DNA from: Squalus acanthias | Taxonomy: Eukaryota | Length of the DNA: 64,000 bases | Assembly: GCA_030390025.1 (NCBI GenBank) | Contig: CM059435.1 | Span: forward strand, 25,544,001-25,608,000 | Direction of reading: 5' to 3' | Shown: one piece after another, positions 51,808 to 63,359 of the stretch | Layout of the letters: each line of letters begins with the position of its first letter | Position numbering within the stretch: the first letter of the stretch is position 1 | Notes under the pieces: model-generated | Told to the model about the DNA's origin: nothing | The model's database searches: none | What the model saw: the letters and a program-made list of their open reading frames with translations, nothing else | Translations under genes and position numbers: made by a program

Positions 51808-53645
51808 ACTGAGTACTTATTAGTTAAATAGGTGCTGAATGTAAGACCAGTACGAATTAATTTTAAAATGTTTCCTTTTTCTTTGCAATTTAACTGATAT
51901 GTATTTATCTGATAACACTCCTTATTTATAATTGCAAATAATTGGCCAAGCTAATTAGAGTTACAGTGATCTTTTAACCAATAAAACAGCTACTGATGTC
52001 TGAGCTACATCATGCAGGGTCGGGGTTTGGGGCAATAGTGGCGTTGCCATTTTGATATTCAGAATTGGCTCATTTTTGGACTGGGAAAGAAAACAACATA
52101 AAATGGGAATATTGGGCTCTCTCAATACTTTTTTCATGAAGAGCTACATAAATAACATTTTGTTTTGATTTTTTTTAAAGCAGAAGAAGACATTGCAATT
52201 GAGTTTTCCGTCTACCACAGGAAGTGATGTAGAATAACCCCCTGTGTACTACTGCAGATACTGGATAGACAAGAAAGTTTGCTGATTCCTTCCCCTCTTC
52301 TGTCCAAAAGTCTGTTGATGCTTGGTTAGTCAGCTTGGCTCCTTAAGAACCTGGAGAAGCAAATCTGTCAGTGAGGGCTAGGAAGTGGTGAGGAACACTT
52401 TGATTTTCTTGTCTTACTTCCAATTCAAATTAGGCTTGTAGTGTATAAGACATGTCCAAACAGTTCTCCCTCATGGTTCAGAAGTCATAGATATGAAATG
52501 GAAGTGTTTACTCTGGCCCACGTGTGAACTCTAAGATCAAGCTGTGCCATGGATTTGAGGCAAAAAGGAAACAGTTGTAGGGAAGGCTCCAACCTTCGCC
52601 TGCCTGTCACTGAGTACCCTTGAGGAGGACCCAGCCTCACAGTGCACATGCTTGTTTGCCAAAGTTCTTCACATGAGGACCTGGACGAACCAACTGAGGA
52701 TGAGTATGCCTGGTATGTGGCCCTGAACTTAGAAATCAAGAACATTAACGTGACTGGCACATCACAAGCTGCTCTGTGCCTGTTATTCCACTACACTGAA
52801 AGCAGCTGTCTGTCATATAGCTTATGAGAAAACTGTAAGACTTGGGATGACAGCTGCTGGAAAGTGTTACCTACAGATATATGCTTAGGTTATGGAGAGA
52901 CAAACAACTGATGCTGAAGTTCCGCATCTCCAACTGGTGGAACTTTTGTTCTATGAGTTATGGTATGTATCCATGCTGTGGTAAGAAGGACGGTGGCAAT
53001 GTACTCATACATTTTATGGTAGAGTTATGCTGCTCACCAAGCCACTCTTGAGGAGCTCCTGGTACCTGTTATCCAGACTGCGAGGGCTCACATCCGCACT
53101 TATCAGTTGTCCAGTGACCAGCTCGTGACTATCCTCCTTAGGGGGACGTAAGTGGGGTCTCTTTGGGGTTGTAGTGCCTCCAAGGTGACATATCTGCTGA
53201 TGCAAGTTCAGAACTCTGTGGCAGACTCAGTAATCCAGTACCTGACCTAGGCAGGTCTGCAGTACTGCAGGCACTGTTGATGATTGACCAGGTTTACCAA
53301 TGAAATCTGGAAGGGGAGACCTGTCACTGAGGTCTGAGATTCTTCCCATTTGTATCCAGATAACTCTGCAAGTCAATGCCTTAAATGATATGGTGGTTCT
53401 GGCAGGAAGGTTACCATTGCTCTTATATGTTGTAAATAATAGTGGAACTCTGCAATGGTCCTAACTGCTGCTGATGCAATCTGGCATCTAAACACTATAA
53501 ATATGATAACGACAGTATACATATTGCTTATAATTTGCCCAATTCCCAACAAGTTGCATGATTTTAGCCTGTTAAACTCCAACAGTATCCTTGCACACAG
53601 TTGAATGTCCCTAAACCTTGGCTCTGCCAACATGCATTTAAGCTT

Positions 53646-54570
53646 AAATAACAACAGAAAATGCTGGAAACACTCAGCAGGTCAGGCGACATCTGAAGGG
53701 TCACAGACCTGAAACGTTGGGCTGGATTTTGAATGACCCATGGAGTCGGGTTTGGAGGCGTGTGGGGGGTTAAATTTGCGGGGTCGGGGTTTCCGACCCC
53801 ATCCCGCCTCCACGCAATTTTGACAAAATCAGTAGCAGGGTTCCCGACTCCGTCCCGCCTCCAAGAGGCGGGAGAGGCCATTAAAGCCCTTAACAAGCCC
53901 TAAATTGGCTCTGTAATGCCATTTTGAAACGTTGTAGCTAGTTTAACCCTTTTCTGACGTGAAGCACGCCTGATGTGAAACACGCCAGTGAAACCTGGCG
54001 GGAGCACAAGTGGATAGCTGACTATCAGCTGCAGGTCCACTATTACAACGGAGATGTGATGAAGGTAGTAGTAGTATTAGGTCTGATAGTCACCTCTGAT
54101 ACTGCTACATTCAATGTCATGGCATTTGGTGTAAGAGGACTTGGATGCAAAAAATTCCTCCCTCTCTCTCTCTCTCATTCATATATATATATTTGCATCC
54201 AGGTCCACTCACATCAGAAGCAATGCAGACAGGTCCTCTCTCACCAGTAGCCAGACAATCTCTGCGAGCAGGCAGTCAGCAATGATGACATCATCAGAGG
54301 CGGGTTTCAGATTGAAACCACTAATTAGTTCATGGGTTCCCACATGCTGCAACTCAATTGCCCAATTAAGTGAAAATTGCATCAGGCATCCACATTAATC
54401 TGGAGTCGGGGGGGGAACACGAAATGCGGATTACATGACCCCAACCCGACCCAAAGACAAAATCCAGCCCGTTAACTCTGTTTCTCTCTACAGATGCTGC
54501 CTGACCTGCTGAGTGTTTCCAGCATTTTCTGTTGTTATTTCAGATTTCCAGCATCCGCAGTATTTTGCTA
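53646..54570 (+). mobile_element. Short Penelope pseudo-LTR insertion with inverted 5' piece, split by a MITE
   Basis: TSD ATGCATTTAAGCTT (53632-53645, 54571-54584); cagaaaatgctggaaacactcagcaggtcaggc is the reverse complement of the 3' part; hammerhead remnant ggtcacagacctgaaacgtt|aac. Confidence 0.8.
53719..54470. mobile_element. PIF/Harbinger-type MITE
   Basis: Perfect 13-bp TIR GGGCTGGATTTTG; TSD GTT. Confidence 0.9.
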
Positions 54571-55824
54571 ATGCATTTAAGCTTTCTGGATTTGAGTAAA
54601 TGGTGTGTGTCCTTACTGCAAGAGAGCTATTCACTCCATCTCGGGCAGACAGAAACTTTACCTGTATGGATTTCTCAATAGCTTGCATTTTAGAGTCTTA
54701 AGCATGGTGATCGATTTCTGCACATGTCGGACACCCAACTGTCCAAAGAAAAGTGTCAAATATACTTTCTGGCACCAGCAGCTCGAAAAACAACTAGCAC
54801 AGCAAGCAACCTACCAGCTTTCACACAGTTATACATGGAGCAAACTTTTTCTTGAAACTCTTCAGCTTAAGGAAATCAAATACATTGTAAAGTTTTTTTT
54901 AATTCTACAACATTTTTGTTTTGAATTATGACTGCATTGCTTGTCGGAAGATACAATTACAATAGAGACGTGTGTTGTAGAATTTAGTCGCACAACTGTC
55001 AAATGATGTGAATAAGTTACTAGTAAATGTTATTGCTTGATATAGATTTAAAATGCTATTTCAATCATTTGTACAATGAGCTGGAAGAATAATTAAAAAG
55101 AGATGAGTGATCTCATTAATATTATGCAGGATTCATAGGGTAGCAGCTGTGCCACTGATGGCCAAATAGCTAGTTTGCATGTTACTCACCATACACTAAG
55201 CATTTTTCTCTTATGAAGCTTGGCAAGTTTTCAGAATGTGTTCAAGTTGACTATAAATTGTCTTTTGAGTAGTTACGTTGTGCTTTTAAAAAAAATCTTA
55301 CTTTGTTTTAAATCACACAGAAAATGAATTTAGAGGTGAGCTGCTGAATCAGACTTGGACTCACGGAAGCACTGAAAAGCTCAGCACTTGTGAAACACCC
55401 AGTAGCCTGCACAACAAACACACCAAGGTGACAAAAAGGTTTTCACTCTCTCAGTGATACACTTGCTGTGGTAATGTTGTAAATAATAGTGGAACTCTGC
55501 AATGGTCCTAACTGCTGCTGATGCAATCTGGCATCTAAACACTATAAATATGATAACGACAGTATACATATTGCTTATAATTTGCCCAATTCCCAACAAT
55601 CTGCTCCACAAACTTGTTATAGAGTTATATTCAGAATAGCAATCTGATTATATAACAGTATTCCATCTGCAGCTTTTTCCTCCTGCACGTATGTAGAACT
55701 ACAGCATGCTGAAAATTATGAAAGTTTAAAATTTGGGATCCCGTTGTGTTACTTTAATTAGTGTATTATTTCCCATGATCATTTGTTAATTTCAACGTTA
55801 CTTTTTTTCTGTGTTTTCCCTCAG

Positions 55825-55870
55825 CCACCCACAGAAGGAAAATCAGTTGATTTGTGTTAAATTTAGATGC
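55825..55870 (+). other. Candidate 46-nt MYT1 5' UTR exon
   Basis: Strong pyrimidine tract ctttttttctgtgttttccctcag| and donor TGC|GTAAGC, 1.3 kb upstream of the ATG exon; splice signals only. Confidence 0.4.
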
Positions 55871-56671
55871 GTAAGCCAATTTAAAAGCGATGCTACAGCA
55901 TTAGACCAATAGATCACTTCCCGCAAAGTAGCAGAATTTAAAAGACCTTAGAGTGTCTATATCTAGAATGTCTGTGGCCTCAAATTATTGATGCTGTTTT
56001 CTGTAGAAAGCTGCACATATAAACACTTATGACCTACGGAGTGCTTCAATATAAAAGCTTTATTAGAAACCATCCTTCTCAAATCTTCTTAGCCTCTTTT
56101 TGCGTTAAAATTCAGGGAAAGAATGCCATCCTATTATTTGTTTTTGCCAGATCAACACATATATATAAATTTAGCAGATCGTGTGTACTACACATTAGAG
56201 TTTTATGTGGCATCTATTTTAATAATTTATTTGCTGAGAGCAGCAATTGCCAAGTCATAGTACATATAATTTGCATAGCTGCCAAATTCCAAATGTATGT
56301 GAATAAAATGCTAAACAGAGGTTTAGCTGAACTTAGGCCTCCATAATGAAAAGTAATATGCCTATTGTGAAAAAAGCCTCTGAGATCATGGAATTGCTGA
56401 AGTGCTGTATATTGAAAGCCTAATAAATAGAATTGCAGCCTATCCCACACCTGCTCCACTGCAGTAAGTGCAAACCATGCTGTCAATGGGAATTTACACT
56501 AAAAATAGAAATTAATTGCATTTTCTGTTATTGCTGATGTGATAATACAGTATGGCATTTTTCTGTCCTAAATATAAAATATTAACCAATCTTAAATGCA
56601 TCACAGTTACTTTGAAGAGTATAGCCGGGAAATCACTATCAATGATGTTATCATATGAATGCTTAATATTT

Positions 56672-56922
56672 TGGCGGCCATGCCTTCAGCTGTTTAGATC
56701 TCAAGCTCTGGAATTCCCTCCCTAAACTCATCTGCTTCTCCCACTCCCTCTCCTACTTTTTGACCCGCATTAAAATCCACCTCTTTGATCAAGCTTTTTG
56801 TCACCACTTCTAAGATCTCTTTTGTTGGCTCAACGTCTGTTTTTGTCTGATTACACCTGTGTGAAACTCCTTGGGATGTTTTTATACATGAAAGGCGCGA
56901 TATAAATGCAAGTTGTTGTTGC
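56672..56922 (+). mobile_element. L2-type LINE 3' end
   Basis: ggcggccatgccttcagc..aagctctggaattccctccc..aaatgcaagttgttgttg. Confidence 0.75.
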
Positions 56923-57178
56923 CATTGTTCGTATCTTTCTGCTCTTTTAATGGATAAATAGATTAAAATAAACGGGTTAATGCCTCCATTCAAATGGTGG
57001 AGAGAGGAATTTGGTATGAGTGCGTTACGCATTTATACCATAATAATTTATAATAAATACCACAGTAATTTCTCTTTTACGTCTTTGGAAACTGATGTGA
57101 TCATGCGTAGTATAAGCTGCACATATTTGAGGGAAAATTAAACCTACAGTCCATTAACTGCAATTTTTGGTTTTACAG

Positions 57179-57233
57179 ATGAACCAAGATGTTGATGAAA
57201 AGAGGCTGCGCACCCGCTCAAAGGGAATCAGGA
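57179..57233 (+). CDS. MYT1: MYT1 first coding exon (55 nt): MNQDVDEKRLRTRSKGIR
   Basis: ttttacag|ATG..AGGA|gtaagt; KR.RTRSK motif of the MYT1/MYT1L N-terminus. Confidence 0.92.
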
Positions 57234-57651
57234 GTAAGTGTAACTACCTTTCCTTTCCTGTGATGATTCAGTAATCACTGGTAGTTACTGGAATGATGCA
57301 GATTTGCAATAATTTTGCTACTAATTTTATTACTGCAAGTTCATTAACCAATGCAGGTATATTTTAATTTGGTACAATTGACCTTATAATGCCCTATATA
57401 ACTTATATCTACTAGTACTGCATTTTCCACCTTGCTTTGTAAGGAAATAGCCTATTGCATAGATTTATCAATCTATTTCAGTGATACTTTTGTGGTGCTA
57501 TGTTTGAAATGTTATCGCATGATTAAGTTTAAATGTCGATTTTATATCACAATATATTATATAATGGTTCATTAGCACCTGTGTTTGATATCAAACAGCT
57601 GTTAAAACTGAGGCATGGTTACTCACTGTTCTTTTTCATCAAATTGCCCAG

Positions 57652-57682
57652 TACCCGTGGAGCCTGTGGGACAGGATGTAAG
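57652..57682 (+). CDS. MYT1: MYT1 coding microexon (31 nt): (I)PVEPVGQDV(S)
   Basis: cccag|TA..AG|gtacga; phase 1 to phase 2 joins both neighbours in frame; similar to MYT1L VPVEP. Confidence 0.85.
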
Positions 57683-57767
57683 GTACGATGTGTTCTCAAT
57701 ATTCATTTAGATTTTAGCTTGTTATGATTTTTTTAAGACTCAGTAAGATTGTTTTCTGAATGGACAT

Positions 57768-58152
57768 GGAGGAGATTTTCACTGGCTCTGCCAGGCAGAA
57801 ATGGGGCAAAAGCAGCTCAATAATCATGGGGAAAACCTTATGACCCCCGTTCCCAATCCCGACCCAGCATATTCCTCCAGGCTCCACAAGAATAATGTGG
57901 GCCACTGCCACCCTGGCTCCCCCACCCGCCCCCTGGCCGCTCGATCACCTTCCCCTCCGCCCGCCCCAGGACCTACATTGCAGCTGGACGGGTTGCCCTC
58001 TAGGCAGGCCAACATTCCATACCCCAGAGCCAGCAAGCTGCAGCGGGCACGTGTTTAGCTCCTGCAACCCGCCGGCAGCATAGCAATGAGGCCTGGCCCT
58101 CTGGGTCCTCTGCTGGCACTATCAGGCGGCCAGTTAGTTAAAAACTACCCCT
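57768..58152. mobile_element. Degenerate Harbinger-like MITE in a MYT1 intron
   Basis: GC-rich island with ggaggagattttcactgg / ccagttagttaaaaactacccc ends. Confidence 0.45.
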
Positions 58153-58554
58153 ATAGTTTTGGGCAAATGTAGTCTGCTCTTGGGATAAAAAGTCTGTTAT
58201 ATGCACAAAGAAAGGTGCTGTACACTGGAAAGAAAGAAAAAAACGTTGAAACAATAAAAGTCCAGTTTCTCCGATAATACTTTAATAAGATTTTATTCCG
58301 TGGCATTTTAAATCTGGCAAAATTATCTTGTTAGCAGAATCCCTTGCCAAAAAAAACCAAGCAGCGACCTGGGGAGATGCAGTAATTTGGTATGGCAAGG
58401 GGAGAGAGTCGCGGCACAGATAGTCACTGTAATCTGAAAAGTGTGATGTGACCTCTTAAAAAAAAAACGAGGGTGGCTCCAACCTCAAAGGTAATCGATT
58501 TGCCTTGGAGCATTGGCTTTTAAAAGTACAATATTAACAGCTAAGTAAAACAGT

Positions 58555-60336
58555 GGGCTGAATTTTGCCGGCGCTCAGAGGGCGGGTTTGGAGGCGGGTC
58601 CGCTGTCAAAAAAGCAAAGATTGACAGCGGGTAGGAAACCTGCTGTCAACCCGCCTCCACGCGAGTCTCCCAGGTGTCGGGTCTGTCTGCGCAGAACTGA
58701 CCCGACACCAAGTGGTCCGGGAGACAATTTAGATCATTAAATGGCTTGTTAACAGCCAATTTAATGCTATTTTGAGCCTACCTTGTAATTTTATGTGCTC
58801 CCCCACGGGTTACCCGCTGCTCGGGGAACACGCCAGCTCACCCTGGTGTGAGTTGAGTCTGCTTTGATTTCTCTGATAACCTGACAGCTGCAGAAGTGGT
58901 ATAAAGGATACCATGTTGCATCTCTTCAGTTTCAGAGCTCAGAAACTGTTGGTTATTGCATTTGTAAGACATACAGAGATTTCTCTAGCTTGCAAGTGTT
59001 TAGAGCCAACTGTATATCCAGTGCCACCTCATTGGAACAACCTCTCCCACCATTGACAGATCGCTTCTGTCAACTCAACTGCAGCTGCCATCTATTGCAG
59101 CAACATCGGTGCCCTTGAAAAATCACACCTTGGTCCTCTGAATCCCTCCACGATCAGCCCCAACACCAACATCACCAGGCACATCAACATCACCAACAAC
59201 ACCACCAACCTTCTCCGCCATCACCTGATGCTGCACAGGACACAGGGCATCAGCACCCGACAACAGTGCTGCCTGGGATGCCAGCGATGGCATTACCATG
59301 GTCAGATTTACTTCACTTGACGCTGTATACCCTGGTTGCCGCATGATGCGCCAGGTTGATACCATCCCACACCAGCACCATAAAGCATCCCTATAATGTC
59401 CAAGCCATTCCATTCACACTCATCACAATAACGGGGCGGGGGGGGAAGTTATGTCTCAACCTTCACTGGAACTCAGTAAGACACTTCTCCAGGTGCGCAC
59501 AGATCTGTCCAATAAGGTGACGTGTTGAAAATTTAAATTTCAATGTATGACAACACATTAACAGAAACTTCACATGAACATTGGCTAAACCTCTCAAGTG
59601 CCTACCCTTGTGTGTTGTTAGTTAGTATGCTTGCAGTAGGATGAGGGTGAGTGTGAGGGGTGGCTAGTGAGATGGGGAACTGATAATGTAGATAGACAGG
59701 GATGGGTGAAGGTGCAAGGTAAGTTGGTGTGAGTAAGGATGTGCAGGAGTAGGGTATGGATGGCTGAGTGATGGGGAAGCGATGAGTGGCACAGCAGGAT
59801 GAGGTTGAGTGTGGCATTGCAGTAACGTTTTGTGATCTACTGAGATCATGGAAAGGTTGGTGCTACTGCAGCCAGGGACTCCTGATGACATCCCTGCTTG
59901 TGTCCTGCTGTGCAGTGTGCAACCAGGCTGCGTTGATCTCCTGGGGAGGTCTCTTCCGCCCATGGAAAGGGAAGAGAATCTCCCTGCGTGCTGTGATTCC
60001 CTCCATAAGCATACGGAGGGAGTCATGGGAGAGCCTGGGTGCAGATGTGCATCTTTGTGCAGTGCTTGTCAGTGTTTGCAGCACTTCAATGCTGTAGAAC
60101 ACTGACAGCATAACTGTCAAAATAAATGTGGCCGTGGTCCCTTTAAGGAAACCAGCTGATGACACATCATCAAATGACGTCATCAGACCCGCTTCCTGTT
60201 AATTGGCCGGGAACCCCGCAGGGCGGGCTTAACAAGGCCAACCTACGGAAAATCATTTTCAGAGAGGGGCTGCAGACGGGAGCGGGACCGGAACCCGCCA
60301 ACCAGCTCTCCCGCCTCCGCAGGGAAAATCATGACC
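58555..60336 (-). mobile_element. Internally deleted Harbinger retaining the Myb/SANT-like ORF (copy 2)
   Basis: Collinear with 21527-23257; starts GGGCTGAATTTTGCC; APRLSHDSLRMLMEGI..AWLHTAQQ. Confidence 0.85.
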
Positions 60337-61011
60337 ATATAAGTCAAACCATATAAAATGTTTCTTAACACCGCAAGGCATGTAAATAACTAGTATCTGT
60401 GGGCATTAATTCAAAACTGCAGGTCTACTGACAACCAAATAGTGGCAAAAATGAAGCTTGTGGCTTTCCTTTTACATCAGGCTCCGAAGAAGCAGCAACG
60501 TTCAATACTGAAAATAAATGATTATAAACTGGAGATTATTTATCCCACATTTTAGATAATTTATTGAATATTCCATGTTATTATCTATAACATTTATCTC
60601 TAAATTCAGATTCTTCCTTATAATAAAGGAGGTGACTTTCACATCATCCATAATTTTACTGAAAATAGAGGCGGATACTAACATATGAATGCTTCATGCG
60701 CTCCTTTGAAGTTTCACTCACTAATATTTTCACAGAGCTGTCAACCCTTTTTAAAATAAATAGGGTAACGCGTCCACTAAAGTGGTAACGAATTGCAAAC
60801 AAACATTTGTACGCCTATATCCCATGATATCATTTTAAGGCTAGTGTGGACACAGAAATGGGAAATCCCATCTTATACTCGCGCCTCTTTTTTTATTAAA
60901 CTTATTGACACCCCTGAAGTCAGTTAACAAGTGAAGAGATTGACCATGTAATATTGTATTGTGTGCTCTACTGTGCAAAAATGTTGACATTTGAATAATT
61001 TTATTGTTCAG

Positions 61012-61074
61012 CTGCCCCACTCCAGGATGTAACGGCTCAGGTCACGCTAGTGGAAAATACGCACGGCACAGAAG
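61012..61074 (+). CDS. MYT1: MYT1 exon encoding most of CCHHC zinc finger 1: CPTPGCNGSGHASGKYARHR
   Basis: ttcag|C..AG|gtaaac; C-x4-C-x4-H-x7-H, with x5-C completed in the next exon; 63 nt, phase 2-2. Confidence 0.95.
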
Positions 61075-61109
61075 GTAAACCTTTCTATTTTTGCAAAGTT
61101 AAAGACAAT

Positions 61110-62866
61110 GGCCGGAATTTTCCGGGGTGTCAGCGGGCGGGATTGGTGGCAGGTCGGGTGGAAAGTGTATTTTTTTTGACAGTGAGTCGGGAACCCGCTG
61201 TCAACCCGCCGCAACGCGCCTTTCCCAATGTCGGATCTGTCAGCGCTGAGCAACCCCGACAGGCAGCAGCGGGCGACCCAATTAAACTAATTTTAATGTA
61301 CATACCAGGCCCTTAACAGGCTTTTTTACCTTACTTTTTAATTTTAACATCAGGGCCACAGGAACCATGCTGTTCGGTGACCACATCTGTCAACCTGAGG
61401 CGGGAGTTCAGTGGTCATTGCTCCAGCTGATTACTTGACAACTTCAAATGTACAGTAAAAGCTCCCACCTGACAGTGATCACTTTCCTCAGCCACAAGCT
61501 GTTCCTCACTGCATTTCCACAACAGATTCAGCATGCTGCAAATCTTTCCATAAGTCTCCATCCAGTCTCACCTCATTACCTCTCTCACCATTGCGAGATT
61601 GCTTCTGTCATCTGTACTTCACCTGCCATCTATTCCATCAGCATGGGTGCCATTTATACTGTCTCACCTTGGTCCTCAGAATCGGACTATGATGAGCCCC
61701 AACACCAGCAGCACCAGGCACACCAGCAGCACCAACAACAACACCAATCTTCTCAGCAATCACCTGATGCAGCACAGGACAGAGCACATCAGCACCCGAG
61801 CACATTGCTTCCCGGGAGACCAGGAAAGGCCTCTTCATGGCCACATTTACTTAACTTTACGCTGTTCACCCTGGCTGCCACATAATGTGCCAGGTTTGCA
61901 CCAGCCCACACCAACAGCATAAAGCATCCCTACAATGCCCAAGCCATTCCTTTCACACTCATGACCATTGCGGGGGGTACCGTTATGTCTCACCATTTGC
62001 TGCAACTCACTAAGCCACTTCCAAAGGTGCACACAAATCTGTCCAAGACCGGAAAGTGTTGAAAATAAAGATTTCAATGTTTGCCATCACATTAATGGAA
62101 ACTTAACATAAACATTGGATAAAACACCCAAGTGGCTACCCATGTTTGTTGTTAGTTGGTATGATTGCACGAGGATGAGGGTGAGTGTGAGGGGTGACTA
62201 CTGAGATGGGGAAGTGATAATGTAGATAGAGAGAGATGGGTGGAGGTGCAAGGTAAGTTGGTGTGAGTAAGGATGTGCAGGAGTAGGGTAGGGAAGGCAG
62301 AGTGATGGGGATGTGATGAGAGGCACAGCATGATGAGGTTGAGTGTGGCTTTGTAGTAACGTTTCATGATCTAACTAGATCATTGAAATGCTTGCGCCAC
62401 TGCAGCCTGGTCCTCTTGAACACATCCCTGCTTGTGCCCTCCTCTGCAATGTGCAACCAGGCTGTTTTGGTCGCCTGGGGAGGTGTCTTCCGCCCATCGA
62501 GGACCTCCCTGTGTGCTCTGACTCCCTCCATACGCATATGGAGGGAGTCATGGGAGAGCCTGGGTGCAGCCCTCTGCCTCTGTGCAGTCATTGTCAGTGT
62601 TTGCAGCACCTCAGTAGAACACTGACAGCACAAATGTCAAAAGAAAGTTGGTCATGGTCCCTTTAAGGAACCCGGCTGATGATGCGTCATGAATGACGTC
62701 ACCAGACCCACTTCCTCTAATTGGGCCGGGAAACGCGCTGGGCGGGCTTAACAAGCCCTATCAACGTAAATTCATTTTAGACAGCGGGATGGAGCCAGCA
62801 GCGGGGCTGTGACCCGCCACCAACATCGCCTGCCCCGGACCCACTGAAGTAAGGAAAATCCCGGTC
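61110..62866 (-). mobile_element. Internally deleted Harbinger retaining the Myb/SANT-like ORF (copy 3)
   Basis: TIRs GGCCGGAATTTTCC / GGAAAATCCCGGTC; TSD AAT; ORF 62364-62633 RAAPRLSHDSL..AWLHIAEE..QWRKHFNDL. Confidence 0.9.
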
Positions 62867-63093
62867 AATGTCCCTGAAATTGCACCATGAGATACTAGTA
62901 TGTTCTAAATGGGATAACGGCTCTGCTAAAATAGCAGCGAGTAGGTTCAGACAAATGTTTTTGTATGCTATATCTCGTGGTATAATTTCAAGGCCTGAGT
63001 TTACTGGCAATTTTGAGTATATTCGAACTTTTATACTAAAAAAGTGAAAGTGCCTTTCAAGTAACTGTAAAATTGTGGTCTTTTTATTAAAAG

Positions 63094-63359
63094 TTCACAA
63101 GGCTGCCCTTTGGCCAAGAAAAGGAAAATACAAGACACCGATTCCGATCAACCTCTAACCAAAAGGAAATCCCATCCTTTGAAACTTGCTTTGGATGAAG
63201 GTTATAATGGAGATAGCGATGGAGTAGATGAATTGGAGATAAAGGAGGAGTCGGTTGTAGATGAATCAGAAGAAGCACTTGAAGTAGAAGAAGAAATAGA
63301 AGAAGAGGAGGAAGAAGAAAAAAATATGGAAGAAATTGAAAGCACTGAATCAGTATCAG
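63094..63359 (+). CDS. MYT1: MYT1 exon: [26 protein letters not shown].. acidic tract
   Basis: aaag|T TCA CAA GGC TGC; [15 protein letters not shown] is characteristic of MYT1 rather than MYT1L/ST18; donor CAG|gtgcag inferred from phase. Confidence 0.9.

Larger units (their letters stand above)
53427..55599 (+). repeat. 126-bp identical direct repeat (53427-53552 and 55474-55599)
   Basis: ATGTTGTAAATAATAGTGG..GCCCAATTCCCAACAA appears identical in both copies, 2047 bp apart. Confidence 0.9.

Noticed and set aside
61448-61885. Q/H-rich protein gene
   Set aside because: Lies inside a Harbinger deletion derivative, and the frame is not preserved in the other two copies
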